A stretch of 63,355 nt of DNA, the filler included, from Chiloscyllium plagiosum (taxonomy: Eukaryota), in assembly GCF_004010195.1 (NCBI RefSeq). It is 6 parts of one record of this genome, joined end to end, with 100 filler letters (N's around TTAATTAATTAA, not from the genome) between each part and the next. Parts side by side here need not be neighbours in the genome. Positions count along the whole stretch, not along the records: positions 1 to 26,606 come from NC_057715.1; 5 more parts are not named here. The stretch is one strand, 5' to 3'. The notes beneath the pieces are model-generated. The model ran no database searches. It worked only from the letters and a program-made list of their open reading frames with translations, and was not told the DNA's origin. Positions 12,922-24,672 of the stretch are shown piece after piece. Within the stretch, counting starts at the first letter, position 1, and every line of letters begins with the position of its first letter. The position numbers were made by a program, and so were the translations under genes.

Positions 12922-14091
12922 CAGAAAAACAAAATCCTTCCAAAAACAGGTAGACCAAATGTGGCATAACCAATGTCCTGTACGGCCGCAACATGACCTC
13001 CCAACTCCTCTACTCAATACTCTGACCAATAAAGGAAAACATACCAAACACCTTCTTAACTATCCTATCTACCTGCAACTCCACTTTCAAGGAGCTATGA
13101 ACCTGCACGCCAAGGTCTCTTTGTTCAGCAACACTCCCTAGGACCTTACCATTAAGTGTATAAGTCCTGTTAAGATTTGCTTTTCCAAAATGCAGCACCT
13201 CACATTTATCTGAATTAAACTCAATCTGCCACTCCTCAGTCCATTGGCCCATCTGATGGATCCCGTTATAATCTGAGGTAACCTTCTTTGCTGTCCACTA
13301 TACCTCCAATTTTGGTGTCATCTGCAAACTTACTAACTACACCTCTTATGCTCACATTCAAATCATTTATATAAGTGATAAAAAGTAGTGGACCCAGCGC
13401 TGATCCTTGTGGGATTCCACTGGTCACAGGCCTCCAGTCTGAAAAACAACCCTCCACCACCACCCTCTGTCTTCTACCTTTGAGCCAGTTCTGTATCCAA
13501 ATGGCTAGTTCTCCCTGTATTCCATGAGATCTAACCTTGCTAACCAGTCTGTCATGGGGAAACCTGGTCGAACGCTTTACTAAAGCCCAAATAGATCACA
13601 TCTACCACTCTGCCTTCATTGATCCTCTTTGTTACTTCTTCAAAAAATTCAAACAAGTTTGTGAGACATGATTTCCCACACACAAAGCCATGTTGACTAT
13701 TAGTCCTTGCCTTTCTAAATACATGTACATCCTGTCCCTCAGGATTCCCTCCAACAACTTGCCCACCACCGACATCAGGTTCACCGGTCTATAGTTCCCT
13801 CACTTGTCTTTACCACCCTTCTTAAATAGTGGCACCACTTAGCCAACCTCCAGTCTTCCAGCACCTCACCTGTGACTATCGATGATACAAATATCTCAGC
13901 AAGGGGTCCAGCAATCACTTCCCTGGGTTCCCACAGAGTTCTAGGGTACACCTGATCAGGTCCTGGGGATTTATCCACTTTTATGTGTTGCAAGACATCC
14001 AGCACTACCTGCTGTGTAATATGGACATTTTTCAAGATGTCACCATCTATCTCCCGATATTCTACATCTTCCTTGTCCTTCTCCACAGTAA

Positions 14092-14257
14092 GACAGGAGA
14101 ATCGACATTTCGGGCATAAGCCCTTCTACAGTTTCCTGAAGAAGGGCTTATGCCCGAAACGTCGATTCTCCTGTTCCCTGGATGCTGCCTGACCTGCTGC
14201 GCTTTTCCAGCAACACATTTTCAGCTCTGATCTCCAGCATCTGCAGCTCTCACTTTC
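14092..14257 (+). mobile_element. Hairpin-shaped non-autonomous PLE derivative (family A) with a TSD of up to 16 bp
   Basis: tccttctccacagtaa at 14076-14091 and 14258-14273; arms ~14093-14130 and ~14136-14174 are inverted copies. Confidence 0.85.
14136..14163 (+). ncRNA. Minimal type I hammerhead ribozyme motif, core intact
   Basis: CTGAAGA-A-GGGC-TTAT-GCCC-GAAAC-GTC: both core boxes, a 4 bp helix II, palindromic ACGT in place of helix III, and a GUC cleavage triplet. Activity is not shown by sequence alone. Confidence 0.7.
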
Positions 14258-14447
14258 TCCTTCTCCACAGTAAATACTAATGCAAAATACTCATTTAGTA
14301 TCTCCCCCATCTCCTGTGGCTCCCCACAAAGGCTGCATTGCTGATCTTTGAGGGGCCCAAGAAAGAGCAAATTTATCAGCATTAAACCTGAAAACAATAG
14401 TTAAAAACATGACATCAAGCATGCAGCCTTTGTGCATTATATTGTGC

Positions 14448-14745
14448 TCACACATAGACACACACAAAAACACACACACACATACAGACACACAGACATG
14501 CACAAATACACACAAACACACAGAGACACATGCACAGACCGACACAGGCATTGACACACATACACAGACACACACACACAGATACATAGACACACATACA
14601 CAGACATATATGTGTATACAAACACAGAACTGCACATGTACACAGACACACACACACAAATTCAGGCATACACAGATACGCACACACACATATAGTTACA
14701 CACAAACATAGACACACATGCACACACATAGATAGACATACACAT
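14448..14745. repeat. Degenerate (CA)n/(CAGA)n microsatellite
   Basis: Alternating CA-rich tract. Confidence 0.95.
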
Positions 14746-15384
14746 ATAAAATAAATGGAATAGTGTCCAATACAAAGGAAAATAAAAGAAATTATTGGCT
14801 TTAGAGTTCTTTGGTTATCTTTGAGATGTAAGTCATTTTTTAACCTGAAGCCAGTGTTGCACCACTGGTTTCTTGGATGCAGTCAGTCATAATGAAAGTG
14901 CAGATATTGAACAGATCTTGGTTTGCATTTAGTTTTATCTCAGGGCTGATCACTTTTTACAGAACAAGGTATCGCGTCCGAGAGAGAGAGAGCGAGAGAG
15001 AGAGAGTCCTTATTCTGGATATTATTGCATGTTTACAAATGTTGCTGTGTGGCAAAACTCTCAGGTTTATAATCAGGGCTTTTTGCAGGAAGGAATGTGT
15101 CAGAATGGCTTAGAATGTGAACATTCCGTTTGTGCAAAGAGTTTTGATGGTCCATTCAGAGTTCCCTGTGATGCTTTATAAAGATAGGATCGTTTCAATC
15201 CTTCTCTTTGCAAAAGATTTTGGATTGAAATCTTTGCGCTTGCAATACCTGTAGTCAAGGAGTCTCTCTTTCACACCCCAGAGAGTGATTTCTTGCTTTG
15301 TCACTTCAACTTTGGAAGATGGCCTTGTAGTTTTTAAATAGCTTGTAATTCTCTGTTCAATTTCTTGCAGTTCCATTGCAACAT

Positions 15385-17160
15385 TTAAAAACATGAGGGT
15401 GGCAAATGTTATTCCCTTGTTCAAGAAAGGGACTAGGGGTAACCCTGAGAATTACAGACCAGTCAGTATTACGTCTGTGGTGGGCAAATTATTGAAAAGG
15501 GTTTTGCAGAGACAGTGTTTATGATTACTTAGAAAACCATAGTTTTATTTGACATAGTCAGCGTGGCTTTGTGAGGGCCCGGTCATGCCTCGCAAACCTT
15601 ACTGAATTCTTTGAGGATATGAAAAAACATGTTGATGAAGGTAGAGCAGTGGATGTGGTGTACATAGATTTTAGCAAGGCATTTGATAAGGTTCCCCATG
15701 GTAAGTTCATTCACAAAGTAAGGAGACATGGAATAAAGGGAAACCTGGCTGTCTGGATATAGAATTGGCTGGTCCATAGAAGACAGAGGGTGGTGGTAGA
15801 TGGAAAGTATTCAGCCTGGAGCTTGGTGACCAGTGGTGTTCCACAGGAATTGGTTCTGGGACCTCTGCTCTTTGTGAGTTTTATTAATGACTTGGATGAG
15901 GAAATGGAAGGGTGGCTTAGTAAGTTTGCTGATGACATGAAGGTTGGTGGAGCTGTGGATAGTGTGGAGGGCTGTTGCAAGTTGCAACAGGACATTGACA
16001 GGATGCAAAACTGGGTTGACAAGTGGCAGGTGGAGTTCAACCTGAAAAAATGTGAAGTGATTCGCTTTAGAAAGTCAAATTTGAATGCAGAATATAGGGT
16101 TAAATGCAGGATTCTTAGCAGTTTGGATGAACAGAGGGTTCTTGGGGTCCACATCCATAGATCCCTTAGAGTTGCCACCCAAGTTGATTGGGTTGTTTAG
16201 AAGGCATATGGTGTGTTGACTTTCATGAGAAGGGGGATTGAGTTCAAGAGCTGCGAGGTTATGCTACAGCTCTATAGACTACACTTGGAATATTGTGTTC
16301 AATTCTGGTTGTCTCATTATAGGAAAGATGTGGAAGGTTTAGAGAGGATGCAGAGGAAGTTTACCAGGATGCTGCCTGGACTGGAGGGCGTGTCTTATGA
16401 AGAAAGGCTGAGGGACCTAGGGCTTTTCTCATTGGAGCAAAGAAGGATGAGAGTGACTTAATAAAGGTGTACAAGATGTTGGGAGGCATAGGAAGAGTGG
16501 ATAGCCAGAGATTTTTTGCCATGGAGGAAATGTCTATCACAAAGGGTCATAATTTTAAGGTAATTGGAGGAAGATTTAGGGGAGTTGTTAGAAGTAGATT
16601 CTTTGCACAGTGCATGGTAGGTGAGTGGAATGCACTGCCAGTAGTGATAGTAGTTATTAGATTAGATTACATTACAGTGTGGAAACAGGCCCTTCGGCCC
16701 AACAAGTCCACACCGACCCGCCGAAGCGAAACCCACCCCATACCCCTACATTTACCCCTTACCTAACACTACGGGCAATTTAGCATGGCCAATTCACCTG
16801 ACCCTGCACATCTTTTGGACTGTGGGAGGAAACCGGAGCACCCGGAGGAAACCCACACAGACACGGGGAGAACGTGCAAACTCCACACAGTCAGTCGCCT
16901 GAGGTGGGAATTGAACCCGGGTCTCAGGCGCTGTGAGGCAGCAGTGCTAACCACTGTGCCACCGTGCCGCCCACATTATATATACATTGGAGATTCCAAT
17001 GTATATATACATTGGAGACATTTAACTGACTCTTGGATAGGGACATGGAAGATGGTACAATGTACGATGTGTAGATTAGTTTGATTTTGGAGTAGGTTAA
17101 AAAGCCAGCACAATATCAAGGGCCAAAGGGGCTGTACTGTGCTGTATTGATCTATGTTCT
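15385..17160 (+). mobile_element. CR1 LINE (RT to 3' tail) interrupted by a HE1 SINE
   Basis: SCLANLTEFFE, DVVYIDFSKAFDKVPH, SGVPQELVLGP, KFADDMKVGG, LEYCVQFW; tctatgttcta tail at ~17150. Confidence 0.92.
16656..16972 (-). mobile_element. HE1-type V-SINE, young copy
   Basis: tRNA head GGGCGGCACGGTGGCACAGTGGTTAGCAC...GGTTCAATTCC; V-domain GTGTGGAGTTTGCACGTTCTCCCCGTGTCTG...CCCACAGTCCAAA; CR1-like tail GGGCCGAAGGGCCTGTTTCCACACTGTA plus (CTAAT)n. Confidence 0.9.
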
Positions 17161-17187
17161 AATATCTCTTTAAAAACAAAGTTCCAC

Positions 17188-17782
17188 ATGTTTGTCTTCA
17201 TTGGTCAGAACATGGAGTATAGAAGTTGGGAGGTCATGTTGCGGCTGTACAGGACTTTGGCAAGGCTACTTTTGGAATATTGCATGCAATTCTGGTCCCC
17301 CTGCTATAGGAAGGATGTTGTTAAACTTGAGAGGGTTCAGAAAAGATTTACATGGATGTTTCCAGGACTGGAGTGTTTGAGCTATAGGGAGAGGCTGAAC
17401 AGGCTGGGGCTGTTTTCCCTGGAGCGTCAAGGTTTATAAAATCATGAGGGGCATGGATAGGGTGAATAGCCTCGGTCTTTTTCCTAGAGTAGGGGAGTCC
17501 AAAACTAAAGGGCATAGGTTTAAGGTGAGAGGGGAAAGATTTAAAAGGGACCTGAAGGGCAAGGTTTTCACTCAGAGGGTGATTCGTGTATGGATTGAGC
17601 TGCCAGAGGAAGTGGTGGAGGCTGGTACTAAAACAACATTTAAAAGGAATCTGGATGGGTATATGAATAGGAAGGGTTTAGAAGGATGTGGGCCAAATGC
17701 TGGCAAATGGGATTGTGTCAGATTAGGATTTCTGGCTGGATGAGTTAGACTGAATGGTCCTTTTCTGTGCTAAATGACTCTA
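17188..17782 (+). mobile_element. 5'-truncated CR1 LINE
   Basis: LLEYCMQFWSP, RERLNRLGLFSLE, KGHRFKVRGERF. Confidence 0.9.
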
Positions 17783-18490
17783 ACACGCTATCCTCCTGTT
17801 GTGATTTATATGCTCAGATTGACAAATTGCTGAGAAGCACAAGGTTCCAAGCAGGAAGTGTCGATTAGAATATTAAATTCAATATCAAATAAGACATAAA
17901 AAGTGAAATAAGAAGGGAAAAAGATGGAGCAAATCCACAGATAAAACAGGCAAGGAAGAAGTAAAAAAAAGTGTTCACATTTTTAAATATATCTAACAGT
18001 TATTAAGATCTGAAGCAATGAGTCTCCACAAGGGTAAAAGTAAATTTTCATTGCCAAAGAGGTTGTCAGTTTATCATGACTAGTAATTTGCTTACGTTGA
18101 AATGGACAATCCTAAATATTTATGCACATTTAGTTCATATCTCTGATGTAAGTAGAGCAATTTCAAGCTGTTCATTGTATTAGAAGTGTGCAGCCAGAAA
18201 GTGAAATTTCATTTGAGAAAACATTTTGCCGTTGTCCACAATTACCAGAAGTTACACCCTGACTTGTACTTGTATAACAGGGAGCACAGTTAGCTCCATC
18301 AATACTTAAAGGTAAAATGTAGCTCGACTTCTTGTTTTGGGTACTGCAAGCACTATTTTAACCAGATGAATGTCAGATGAATGGTCATAATAAATGGATG
18401 TATTTTTCATGCATAAACAAGTCATACTTCCACAATCTCCAATGTTTCTTGGAAAATACATAGCTCGCCTACCAACGACACAATTTGCAG

Positions 18491-18658
18491 CCTTCTGTTA
18501 CTGGGGAAAGAGTCGTAATTGTACATTTCTGCCACAGTGCTCAGAAGCCTCCTGAAAACTACTCTGAAAGCAATGAAAATCAGTCTGTGCTGAGAGAGGA
18601 GTTTTATAGATGGAGCAGATGGCTGGAGCGATGTGCTTATGGTATCAAGCAGAGTAGA
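18491..18658 (+). CDS. Candidate coding exon of an unidentified host gene
   Basis: Non-repeat open frame PSVTGERVVIVHFCHSAQKPPENYSESNENQSVLREEFYRWSRWLERCAYGIKQSR between AG acceptors (ttgcag ending 18490, or ccacag ending 18537) and donor AGA|gtgaga at 18659. Confidence 0.25.
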
Positions 18659-19184
18659 GTGAGATTTTAAATACATTTTTTGCCTAAAATTTGAAAGAAT
18701 AATACCTACTTTTATATAAATTAATACTCATCATGTTTTCTTTCCATCGGCAACTTTCATGTCACCTATGTCTGTCAGCTTGGGTTAGTTGGCAGTATTC
18801 TTGGCTCTGATTCATCCTTGTCTTAAATCCAGACTGAGGCTGGGAATTGATCATTTATAATTTAACAGTCCAACCTTATATAAAGACTGTATACTCAGAG
18901 GTGTCCATTCTATTAAACTGATTTGCTTCCTGCATGTTACATTTGATATTAACCTACCAATGGCATACTCTTTATGCCCTGGCCAACATTCGAACTTCAG
19001 CTATTACTGCAAAAACAGATTATTTTTGTCTTACTGTAGGTTTTTACCATTTGGAAAATAATTTTTGTGTTTGCTTCTCCAATGGTACTGCACTTCAAAA
19101 CCATTTGAGGCATTTCTAAGAAATAGGAAAACGTGCCTTTCTAACGGAAGCCTTTCTCTTCTTTCTTTGGTCTTTGTAAAAATT

Positions 19185-20520
19185 CATTTAAGGAATGTGA
19201 GCAGCAGCATCCCTATCTGCTTTTGAGAAGCAGGTGATGTGCTGCCTTCTAGAACTGCTTCTGTCCTTGGGGTTATAGGCACATCCATTATGTTGTTAGG
19301 GAGAGAGTTGCAAGATTTTGTCTCAGTGACAGTGAAGGAATGGTGATATATTTCCAAGTCACGATGGTCAGTCACTTGGAACCAAATTGGCAGCTGGTGG
19401 AAATCCCATGAATCACTTTCCCTTCACTACCTACGTGGCAGAGGTCAAGGGTTTAAAAGATAATATTTGAGGAGCTTTAGTGAATTATTACAATGCATTT
19501 TGTAGATGGTACACAATGCAGATACTGTACATCAGTGATGAAGGGAGTAAAAGCGAAAGGAGTTATTAAGAATGTTGAGCAAGCCATGTCTGGATAGGGT
19601 CAAGTTTCTTGAATGTTGGAGGAGCTGCACTCATCCAGGCAAGTGGGAAGTATTTTTCCATCACACTCCTGACTAGTGCCTTGTAGATGGTGTACAGGCA
19701 CTGGTGAGACAAGTAGTGAGTTACTCACTAAAGATTCTTACCCTCTGACCTGCTCTTGTATCTCCAGTATTTATATAACTTGTCCAGCTCAGTATCTCGT
19801 CACTCCCAGGATGTTGATAGTGGGAATTCAGTGATGGTAACATCATTGAATGTCAAGGTATTATGGTTAGATCCTCTCTCGTTTCAAGTGGGCATTGTCT
19901 GGCACTTATGTGATTTGAATGGTATGTACTGTTTATCAGTGCAGGCTTGGATATTGTCCATGTCTTGCTGTATTTGGACATAAATTGCTTTAATGTGTGG
20001 AGTCTTGAATAGTACTGAACACTGTGCAAACATCCCCCACTTTGATTTTATGACAGACAGGAGGTCGTTGATGTAGCAGCCCAAGATGGCTGGGCCCAAC
20101 TCATTACCCTGAAGAACTCCTGCAGAGATGTCCTGGGTATGAGGTGATTGACATCCAACAACCACAACCACCTTCCTTTAGGGTAGGAATGATTAAAAAA
20201 AAAGATATTTTTCTCCCTTTTTCTGACTGAATTTGTTTGCTGGGGACTTCTTATGGCATTATCTGCCAAATGCTGCCTTGATATCAGGGGCCGTCATACT
20301 CACCTCACTTCTGACATTCAGTCTTTTGTTCACATAGAGACCAAACTTATAATTAGGTCAGGAGGCCTTGTAATACCCAAACAGAGCATCAGAGAGCAGG
20401 TTATGTTTGATCACGTGTCTCTTGATCATATTGAATACAAAATCTTCCTTCACTTTGCTGATGATCAAGAGTAGATTGATAGAGCAATTAATTGGCTGGG
20501 TTGGATGTTTTTAGTGTACA
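19185..20520 (-). mobile_element. Old CR1/L2-group LINE fragment (second family)
   Basis: ISAGVLQGNELGP, INDLLS, IQQDMDNIQAC; homologous to 28215-28760, 31110-31985 and 35845-37600. Confidence 0.75.
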
Positions 20521-20526
20521 ATACAC

Positions 20527-21157
20527 TGTTGTGGACCAGGCCAGACCCCCTCAAAATATTTTAACAAGGTAAACTAGACCCTAACGTCTTCTTATTTTAA
20601 ACGTAGATGTAAAGTGCATGTTCCAGAGTGATGGAACTAGTCAAACTACTCGACCTTAAGCAAAACACAACTTATTTAAACACTATAGTTAAAATATAAG
20701 CAAATGAAAGAGGAATTTAACGTAACTTCACTATTGGAAAACTTAACTGAATAATAGGTACAGTACCTTTTACTAATCAACTGTTCCAATATAGCAACAT
20801 CCCATAAACACACCCCTTGGCAAAAAGGCAAATTCAGACACAGATTCTGACATGTAGTTTTCCAATTCAAAAGGAAGAAACATCAAGAGAAAGTTCAGAG
20901 AGTATAGCAGCCAAGAGATAGTTACTGAAGCTCCAATTCTTTTGTGATCCCAAACAGCTTCTGCTGCTAAAGCTAAATAAAACTAGAAAGCCTGATCTGA
21001 GAGAGCTGGCCACATCCAGGCTGCTTCCAAAAAAAAGCTGTCAAGGCCTCACAATTTGCTTACTTAAGTCATTTTCAGTAACCAGTTCAACACCTCTGCC
21101 TTACAATCTCTCTTCAAAAAAAAGACAAGGACAAAATAACCATTTAAAGTGACAACA
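20527..21157. mobile_element. Probable solo LTR inserted in the old LINE
   Basis: Starts TGTTGT and ends ACAACA (6 bp terminal inverted repeat, TG...CA); 631 bp; the LINE resumes after it (ggacaattttccac). No clean TSD seen. Confidence 0.55.
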
Positions 21158-22942
21158 TATCACAGCAGACTTGGACAATTTTCCACTTTCCCAGGTAGTT
21201 ACCATTGTAATGGAATACCTTTTCGACAGACACTCTATGGTTACATCTGGAACACAAGCCTTCAGTATTGTTATTGGAAAGATATCAGAGCCCATAGTCT
21301 TTCAACTATCCAGTGCCTTTTGGCATTTCTTTTAATTCATACGGAGTAAATTTCGTATCTTTGAAATATTTTCATTATTTCTCCTTTATGATCAACATTC
21401 CAGCATTCTCTTGGCTTATTTTAGGTTAATGATATACTTTTTCATAACTTTGAGGCAACTATGTCTGACTTATCCTCGAATACCCACAAGTGTAATCATT
21501 TTGATTGTTTATTTTGCTTAAACCAGGCATATTCTTTTGCATACCTTCTCACATGCAATGGTTTGGAAACATTTTTGTTTACTCTCTGCTTTTCACGACC
21601 ATTGAATGCTGTATGTAGCTGTTTTCCACAGAATATGATGATTTGCAATTCCTTAATAAAGGCTATAAAAACAGCACAGCTCTGTCTCAGTCTCCTTTGC
21701 TGCACTCTGATTGATTTCCCTGGTTATGTTTAGTTGGACTTCAAATAAAGTGTATTAAGAATATTACAAGCAAATTTAGTCTTTGATAAAAAGAAGAAAA
21801 TCTCCTTCCTCTGTGACAGACGGACAGAGATGTTCAGCTTTATGGGGCACAATTCGGAAAGCAAGCTTTACCTCAGTGTGATCTAATGTCGTTATGTGTT
21901 AAATTTGACAATCTAATTAAAGCGATGAGTAAGCCAATGGAAATTATTTGTGGGCATCAGAAGTAATCAGTTCAAATGCAAAACTGATGAGTATGAAAAC
22001 AACATAATCCCTCAATGCGGCTTTTGTGTTAGCCATTCATCTACTATTCCCATTTTGTGGAAACGGATCTTAATTAAAGCTGAATGGCGATTTATTGCTG
22101 TCATTCATCCCTCTGAGAAAACTATTAAATATGGGGCTCATAGCTCTGTTCAAATCCAAAAACATAATAATCAAGTTCCCTGGGTGTTAGCAAACCAACA
22201 ACATATTAGAATAACATGAGAATTGCACGCTTTGACAAGTATATGAACGATTTTGCACACGATGCTGAATCTGAGCAGAACAAATATACTCCAGCAAGCT
22301 GCTGCTGACTAAGTCCATAAGAGGTAAGATTTTATAAATAACTACTACAATGTTTCTATCACTGGATCGAAAACTAGAGAAAGTGAGACACATACAGTCC
22401 TTTGTGATTTAACCATTCTATTCAAAAGTGCTCCAGTATAAAACAAATTGAATGATCATGGATGTTTTTCTGCTGAATATTTGGCAGGTAGGCCTTGTCA
22501 TGATGTTACCTCTCTCTCAATAAATATGGTAATTCTGTTTTCTTTTCATGATTTCTAGCTGGTACTGGAAATATACAACTATTAAATCTTTACAACTGAG
22601 TGATAATTTTTGTGATTATTCAGCAAACACCTTCAAGAGTTGAATTTATACCTCAGGATTGAGTTTGTCTTTAATATATTAGCACTTCTGGCATATCATA
22701 ACACATTTGAACCTATAGTATACACAGATCACCTCCTTCCTAGATTAATCCAAAGAGGAAAAACACTTTTATAGTATGAACTGACTTCAGTTGTTTAGTT
22801 AAAACCTAGTGATAGGAGGCCATTGGAATTGGTGAACTTGCTTCTTCCAACTGAATGAGCACTGTTATGAATGTTAAATTATTTAACTTTCTAAGAAGAA
22901 TCTTCAAATTTAATGTGAATTACTCTGTGGCACCCAAATATA

Positions 22943-23078
22943 CAACATAGAACAATGCAGTGCAGAACAGGCCCTTCGGCCCCCGACCTGTGAACTCATC
23001 TAAGCTCATCCCACTACACTATCCCATCATCATCCATGTGCTTATCCAAGGATTGGTTAAATCTCCCTAATGTGGCTG
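22943..23078 (-). mobile_element. CR1 3' end fragment
   Basis: catagaacaatgcagtgcagaacaggcccttcggccc tail. Confidence 0.75.
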
Positions 23079-24583
23079 AGAAGTTGGTGAAAGTTCCAAA
23101 GTTGGAAGTTTTAACTCAATTTTTCAAAAATATATTAAACATTGATCAATTTGATAAGTACTTTCATATGAAATAGGAGCAGGAAAAATCCATTGAGCCC
23201 ACCCAGCAATTCCATAAGGTTATGGCTGAATGTCTACATCAATTCCATTTTACAGCCCAATCGCAAAATCTCTCATTCATTTAGTGACTACAAAGCTATT
23301 GATTTCAGCCTTGAAAATGCTCAACAACTAGCCAGCCATGATAAAAGATTTCAAAGATTCAAAACCCGCTGAGAGAAAAGAAATTCTCATCTTAGTCCAA
23401 AATGGTTCTGATCATGAGACCATGTACCCTAATTCTAGGTTCATCAGGCTGAATTTTATCTTGCCAGTGAAGGCCAGAAAGCAGGAGTTAACTCTACTTC
23501 AACAGTCAGCAATGCATGGGGCCACATGTTATCAGCAGCAGCCAATTAAGCTTTTTAAAGATGGCTCCTATTCACATGAGTAGCTGGCCAATCAAAGAAC
23601 CAGCAGCTCTGTTGCCTTAGCAACACCAGTGAGAGCCGTGACCACTGCTGGGGTTGTGTATGGAGGATGTGTACAGTGAGGATGACTGTAGTGATTAGAA
23701 GCAGGTTGACCTCGTTGACCAGGGAGTCATTGATTGGGGTTGTTAACCTGAGCCAATTAGGAAAGCCATGGCTTACCAATGTAACCAGGAGATTCCCCTT
23801 CACTTTTTCTTTTGCGAAGGCTTAGTCCCTACTGGACACTGATTCCCTGACCACATAGGTGTTTTTCCTGGTGGTGGAAAATATTGAATAAAATTATCAT
23901 GCACATTGTGTTTTTATTTACTCCTGCAATTACACACAAACACAATATAGGTACTGTGGGGAAAAATGAGCAACTACTGCTCTATGTAAAATAAAATAAC
24001 CAGGAGATTAGAATCTCCTCAGAAAAAAGAAAAAAAATAAGCAAATACAAGTAAAAACAGGGACTGCCTGAAGAACATTCATTTGTTACAGTCATCTTGG
24101 AGCTGGGGGTAAGCATTTCTGGCATGATGCCTTTATTTGAGAAGATTGATTCATTTGATCCTGCTGTCAAAGACTGGGCCCAGTATGTGGAAAGAATGCA
24201 ACACTTTTTCTGGGCAAATGACACTGGGGCAAATAAAAAGCAATGAGTAATCCTTCTGACTGCTTTCAGACCTGCAGCATTCTCAGTTATAAGAGGCTTA
24301 ACACTCCCAGAGGCACCAGATGCTAAAACCTTCCAAGAGTTGAGAGTTGGTTAAGGAATATTACGACCCCAAACCCCCTCTAATTGTGAGATGATATCTG
24401 TTTTATTTGGCTGTTGGAATACCAGGGGAATCAGTATTGGGATGTTTGTTGAGGTTATGACGACTGGCATGTGATTTTGAGTTAACCCTGAATGAGATGC
24501 TGAGACACCATTTGGTATGTGGGATTAATGATGTAACCATGCAGAAGCACCTACTAGCGGAAGTCCAACTGGACTTCAAACAG

Positions 24584-24672
24584 TCAAAAGCTGTGGTGCT
24601 GGAAAAATACAGCCGGTCAGGCAGAATCCTAGGAGCAAGAGAGTCAACGTTTTGAGCATAAGCTCCTCATCA
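24584..24672 (-). mobile_element. Short hammerhead-bearing PLE derivative (family A) inserted in Gypsy gag, 13 bp TSD
   Basis: ggacttcaaacag at 24571-24583 and 24673-24685; minus strand CTGATGA-GGAGC-TTAT-GCTC-AAAACGTT (GAAA mutated to AAAA). Confidence 0.85.

Larger units (their letters stand above)
12930..14358 (-). mobile_element. CR1 LINE RT fragment interrupted by a hairpin PLE derivative
   Basis: KSPGPDQVYPRTL, SGIPQGSALGP, KFADDTKIGGIV, WQIEFNSDKCEVLHFG. Confidence 0.9.

Noticed and set aside
14291..14729. Overlapping Cys/Val-rich and His/Thr-rich ORFs
   Set aside because: Translations of a (CA)n microsatellite.
15176..15424. 82 aa minus-strand ORF in partly unique DNA
   Set aside because: Starts inside an antisense CR1; no recognisable domain or convincing splice sites.
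16900..16972. tRNA-like A and B boxes
   Set aside because: SINE head continuing into the V-domain; not a tRNA gene.
16769..17084. Recurrent small ORFs MVSTAASQ… and MANSPDPAH… (also near 34180, 43218, 44259)
   Set aside because: Translations of HE1 SINE copies, not a gene family.
21984..22000. ctgatgagtatgaaaac hammerhead-like boxes
   Set aside because: No helix II can form and there is no PLE context; likely chance.
23611..23624. RFX X-box-like GTTGCCTTAGCAAC (and GTTACCATGGCAAA near 55303)
   Set aside because: Isolated motifs with no promoter or CpG-island context; the first appears to lie in a decayed repeat.
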